DNA of 62,246 nt from Anaerolineae bacterium (GTDB lineage Bacteria; Chloroflexota; Anaerolineae; B4-G1; SLSP01): the NCBI GenBank assembly GCA_026991395.1, contig JALXBP010000065.1, positions 1-62,246 on the forward strand. Direction: 5' to 3'. Position numbers and translations under genes: made by a program. Below the pieces are notes generated by a model that saw only the letters and a list, made by a program, of their open reading frames with translations, made no database searches and was not told where the DNA came from. Shown here in pieces: positions 60,260 to 62,246 of the stretch (the stretch's first letter is position 1; each line of letters begins with the position of its first letter).

Positions 60260-61159
60260 TCATACGCGCCACAGGATGGAAAGGAGCGCTATCCACAAGC
60301 TCGACTGGAGGAAGAGCATAGCGCTCCACAGGAAATAGGCCAGACGGCGCTCGCGCCGGTAGAACCACAGGCCGAGCAGCCCGTTGAGGAGGAGGAAGAG
60401 CGTGCCCATCACGGCGAGGTAGAAGAGCCGCGTCGGTGCGGCCACGAGCAGCGGCGTGCCGTCGCGGGCGATCTGCAGGGCGATAGGTGAGGGCAGATGC
60501 GGAATGCGCCAGCAGAGGAAAGCGGTGAGGAAGAGCAGGAGAACGATCGTGCTCGCGAAGAGGCTCAGGGCGCTGGCATCGTACCAGATGGGCCAGTTGA
60601 AGAAAGCCGGATAGGTGGCGATCTCCTCCAGCGATTGCGTCGGTCCCATCTCGCGGCGGGTGGTGAGGGCTTCGAGGAAGCCTTCGGTATCCTGCGGCGA
60701 GATGACGTAGACGCGGCGCGGCGTGTAGAGCCAGAGCAGGCCGTCGCCGTGCCGCGTCGCATAGAAACGATACTCGCGTCCCTGCTCATCGCGGGCAAGC
60801 CCGACGTTGTAGCCCGGCCATCGCAGCCTGCCCCGACGATGCAGTCTCTCCGCGGGCGTTTTCGTTTCGATGGCCTCGATGTCGGTGAGAGGGATGGTGT
60901 ACTCGTAGCCGCCCCAACCGATGTAGATACCGTTGCGGTCCAAGGCGTAGACGGCGTGTACCAGTCCCCAGAGCAGGTAGCCGACGTAAGCCGCGCCCAG
61001 CACGGCCAACGCGGCCCCCAGTCCCAAGAGGAAGGTGAGCAGGGAGAGCGGCGTGAGGACGGCGATGGTGACCATCGTCGCGGCGGCGGCGATGAGGACG
61101 GCGAGCAGGCCCAACCCCCACTTCCAGCCGCGTTGGATGTCCAGCGCCCAAGTGGTCAT
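60260..61159 (-). CDS. Membrane protein with bacterial PH-like domain and C-terminal TM bundle
   Basis: Two N-terminal TMs; YALDRNGIYIGWG..IPLTDIE; RLRWPG; YVISP; three C-terminal TMs. Confidence 0.65.
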   Translation of the reverse strand: MTTWALDIQRGWKWGLGLLAVLIAAAATMVTIAVLTPLSLLTFLLGLGAALAVLGAAYVGYLLWGLVHAVYALDRNGIYIGWGGYEYTIPLTDIEAIETKTPAERLHRRGRLRWPGYNVGLARDEQGREYRFYATRHGDGLLWLYTPRRVYVISPQDTEGFLEALTTRREMGPTQSLEEIATYPAFFNWPIWYDASALSLFASTIVLLLFLTAFLCWRIPHLPSPIALQIARDGTPLLVAAPTRLFYLAVMGTLFLLLNGLLGLWFYRRERRLAYFLWSAMLFLQSSLWIALLSILWRV

Positions 61160-61771
61160 CTACCCCTCCATCTCGCGGCGACCTTCCAGGGCGCGGGTCA
61201 GCGTCATCGCGTCGGCGTATTCCAGATCGCCGCCGATGGGCAGGCCGCGGCCCAGGCGCGTGATGCGCACGCCGAGCGGCTTCAGGCGCGTGAGGAGGTA
61301 GGAGGCGGTGTAGTCGCCCTCGCTCGTCGGGTTGGTGGCGAGGATGATCTCCTCGATGCCCCCGGCACGCACCCGCGCTTCGAGTTCCTTGATGCGCAGG
61401 TCCTCGGCGAAGATGCCGTCGAGAGGGGCGAGGGCACCGTGGAGGACGTGGTAGAGGCCGTTGTACTGTCCCGTCCTCTCGATGGCCAGCAGGTCGAGCG
61501 GCTCCTCGACGACGCAGAGGGTCTTGTGGTCGCGTCCCTCGTCGCTGCAGATGGGACAGGGGTCCTCTTCGGTAACGTTGTAGCAGACGGAACAGAAGCG
61601 CGTCTTTTCCACCAGGTCGTGGAGCGCGTCGGCCAGCTTCAGGGCAAGCTCCGCGTGGCCGCGCAAGAGGTAGAAGGCCAGCCTGGAGGCGGTCTTCGGC
61701 CCGATGCCGGGCAGCTCGGACAGAGCCTCCATCAACTCGGTAACGGAGGCCGGCAGGGCGATGCTCTCCAT
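61160..61771 (-). CDS. recR: Recombination protein RecR
   Basis: LPGIGPKTASRLA, CSVC...CPIC, LCVVEEP, EIILATNPTSEG, GGDLEYAD. Confidence 0.97.
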   Translation of the reverse strand: MESIALPASVTELMEALSELPGIGPKTASRLAFYLLRGHAELALKLADALHDLVEKTRFCSVCYNVTEEDPCPICSDEGRDHKTLCVVEEPLDLLAIERTGQYNGLYHVLHGALAPLDGIFAEDLRIKELEARVRAGGIEEIILATNPTSEGDYTASYLLTRLKPLGVRITRLGRGLPIGGDLEYADAMTLTRALEGRREMEG

Positions 61772-61777
61772 CGTCCC

Positions 61778-62122
61778 TTAGAGCCCCGGAATGCCCAGCC
61801 CTTGCAGGCCGGCGGTGATCGAGGACATCCGCTCGGCGACCATCGCGCGGGCTTTGGTGATGGCCTCGTTGACGGCGGCGATGAGCAGGTCTTGCAGCAT
61901 CTCGACATCCTCGGGATCGACGACCTCCTCCTTGAGGGTGATCTGCTTGACCTGCAGGCCGCCGGTGATCACGACCTCGACCGCGCCGCCGCCTGCGCTG
62001 ACGGTTACTTCCTCGGCTTCGGCCTCGGCCTGGATGCGTTCCAGATCGGCCTGCATCTGCTGGACTTGCTGCAGGAGGCTGTTGGGGTTCATCAATCCGC
62101 GTCGTCCACTTCGTCGTGTCAT
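61778..62122 (-). CDS. ybaB: Nucleoid-associated protein YbaB/EbfC
   Basis: QQVQQMQADL...SAGGGAVEVVITG...DPEDVEMLQDLLIAAVNEA; SD GAAAGGAG before ATG 62122. Confidence 0.95.
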   Translation of the reverse strand: MTRRSGRRGLMNPNSLLQQVQQMQADLERIQAEAEAEEVTVSAGGGAVEVVITGGLQVKQITLKEEVVDPEDVEMLQDLLIAAVNEAITKARAMVAERMSSITAGLQGLGIPGL

Positions 62123-62165
62123 TGTTCGACTCCTTTCCTCGTAACTCGTGCCCCGCAAGGGCCCG

Positions 62166-62246
62166 TCACAGGTCGCGAACCTCGGCTCCCAGCTCTTCGA
62201 CCGCGCGGCGGATGAATTCGTCCTCGTCGGGGGGAGGTGGCGGGGG
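62166..62246 (-). CDS. dnaX: 3' end of probable DNA polymerase III gamma/tau (enters from right edge)
   Basis: Open frame PPPPPPDEDEFIRRAVEELGAEVRDL*; identity inferred mainly from the conserved dnaX-ybaB-recR order. Confidence 0.55.
   Translation of the reverse strand, partial: PPPPPPDEDEFIRRAVEELGAEVRDL

Noticed and set aside
1-62246. CRISPR array, IS element, integrase or prophage
   Set aside because: No regularly spaced repeats, transposase or recombinase motifs, or phage structural genes seen.

Overview
High-GC bacterial chromosome segment, densely coding, with no transposase, integrase, CRISPR array or prophage that I can see. Gene content points to Chloroflexota, probably Anaerolineae-like (inference from the archaeal-type SAM synthetase, translin-like gene, tandem-XRE protein and GT-C membrane proteins). 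Left to right: (1) rimM-khpA-rpsP-ffh and tRNA-Leu(CAG); (2) M28 peptidase, ATPase, GDPD and metallophosphoesterase; (3) REC-roadblock protein, GT-C glycosyltransferase and a secreted glycoside hydrolase; (4) a ~10 kb two-component cluster that includes a sensor kinase split by a single in-frame TAG; (5) a 6S RNA-like ncRNA; (6) an Rrf2-cydA-cydB-cydDC(fused) operon with a palindromic operator; (7) two tandem LCP genes; (8) ssb, DUF3467, translin-like, sua5, smc and DUF309; (9) two GH-like lipoproteins, XRE, TPR, rplI, rodZ-like and rimO; (10) a Nudix gene frameshifted in a G7 run; (11) an intergenic DnaA-box cluster, with a parS site 5 kb away; (12) a SAM-I riboswitch upstream of an archaeal-type MAT; (13) APC-USP, two hsp20, a degenerate TsaC paralogue, HAD, recR, ybaB and the dnaX 3' end. 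The best second-look items are the amber-interrupted kinase, the DnaA-box/parS combination away from any dnaA gene, the G7 frameshift, the 6S RNA, the REC-roadblock fusion, and several 11-bp-phased direct-repeat arrays in promoter regions. Product calls rest on motif recognition only; no database searches were run.
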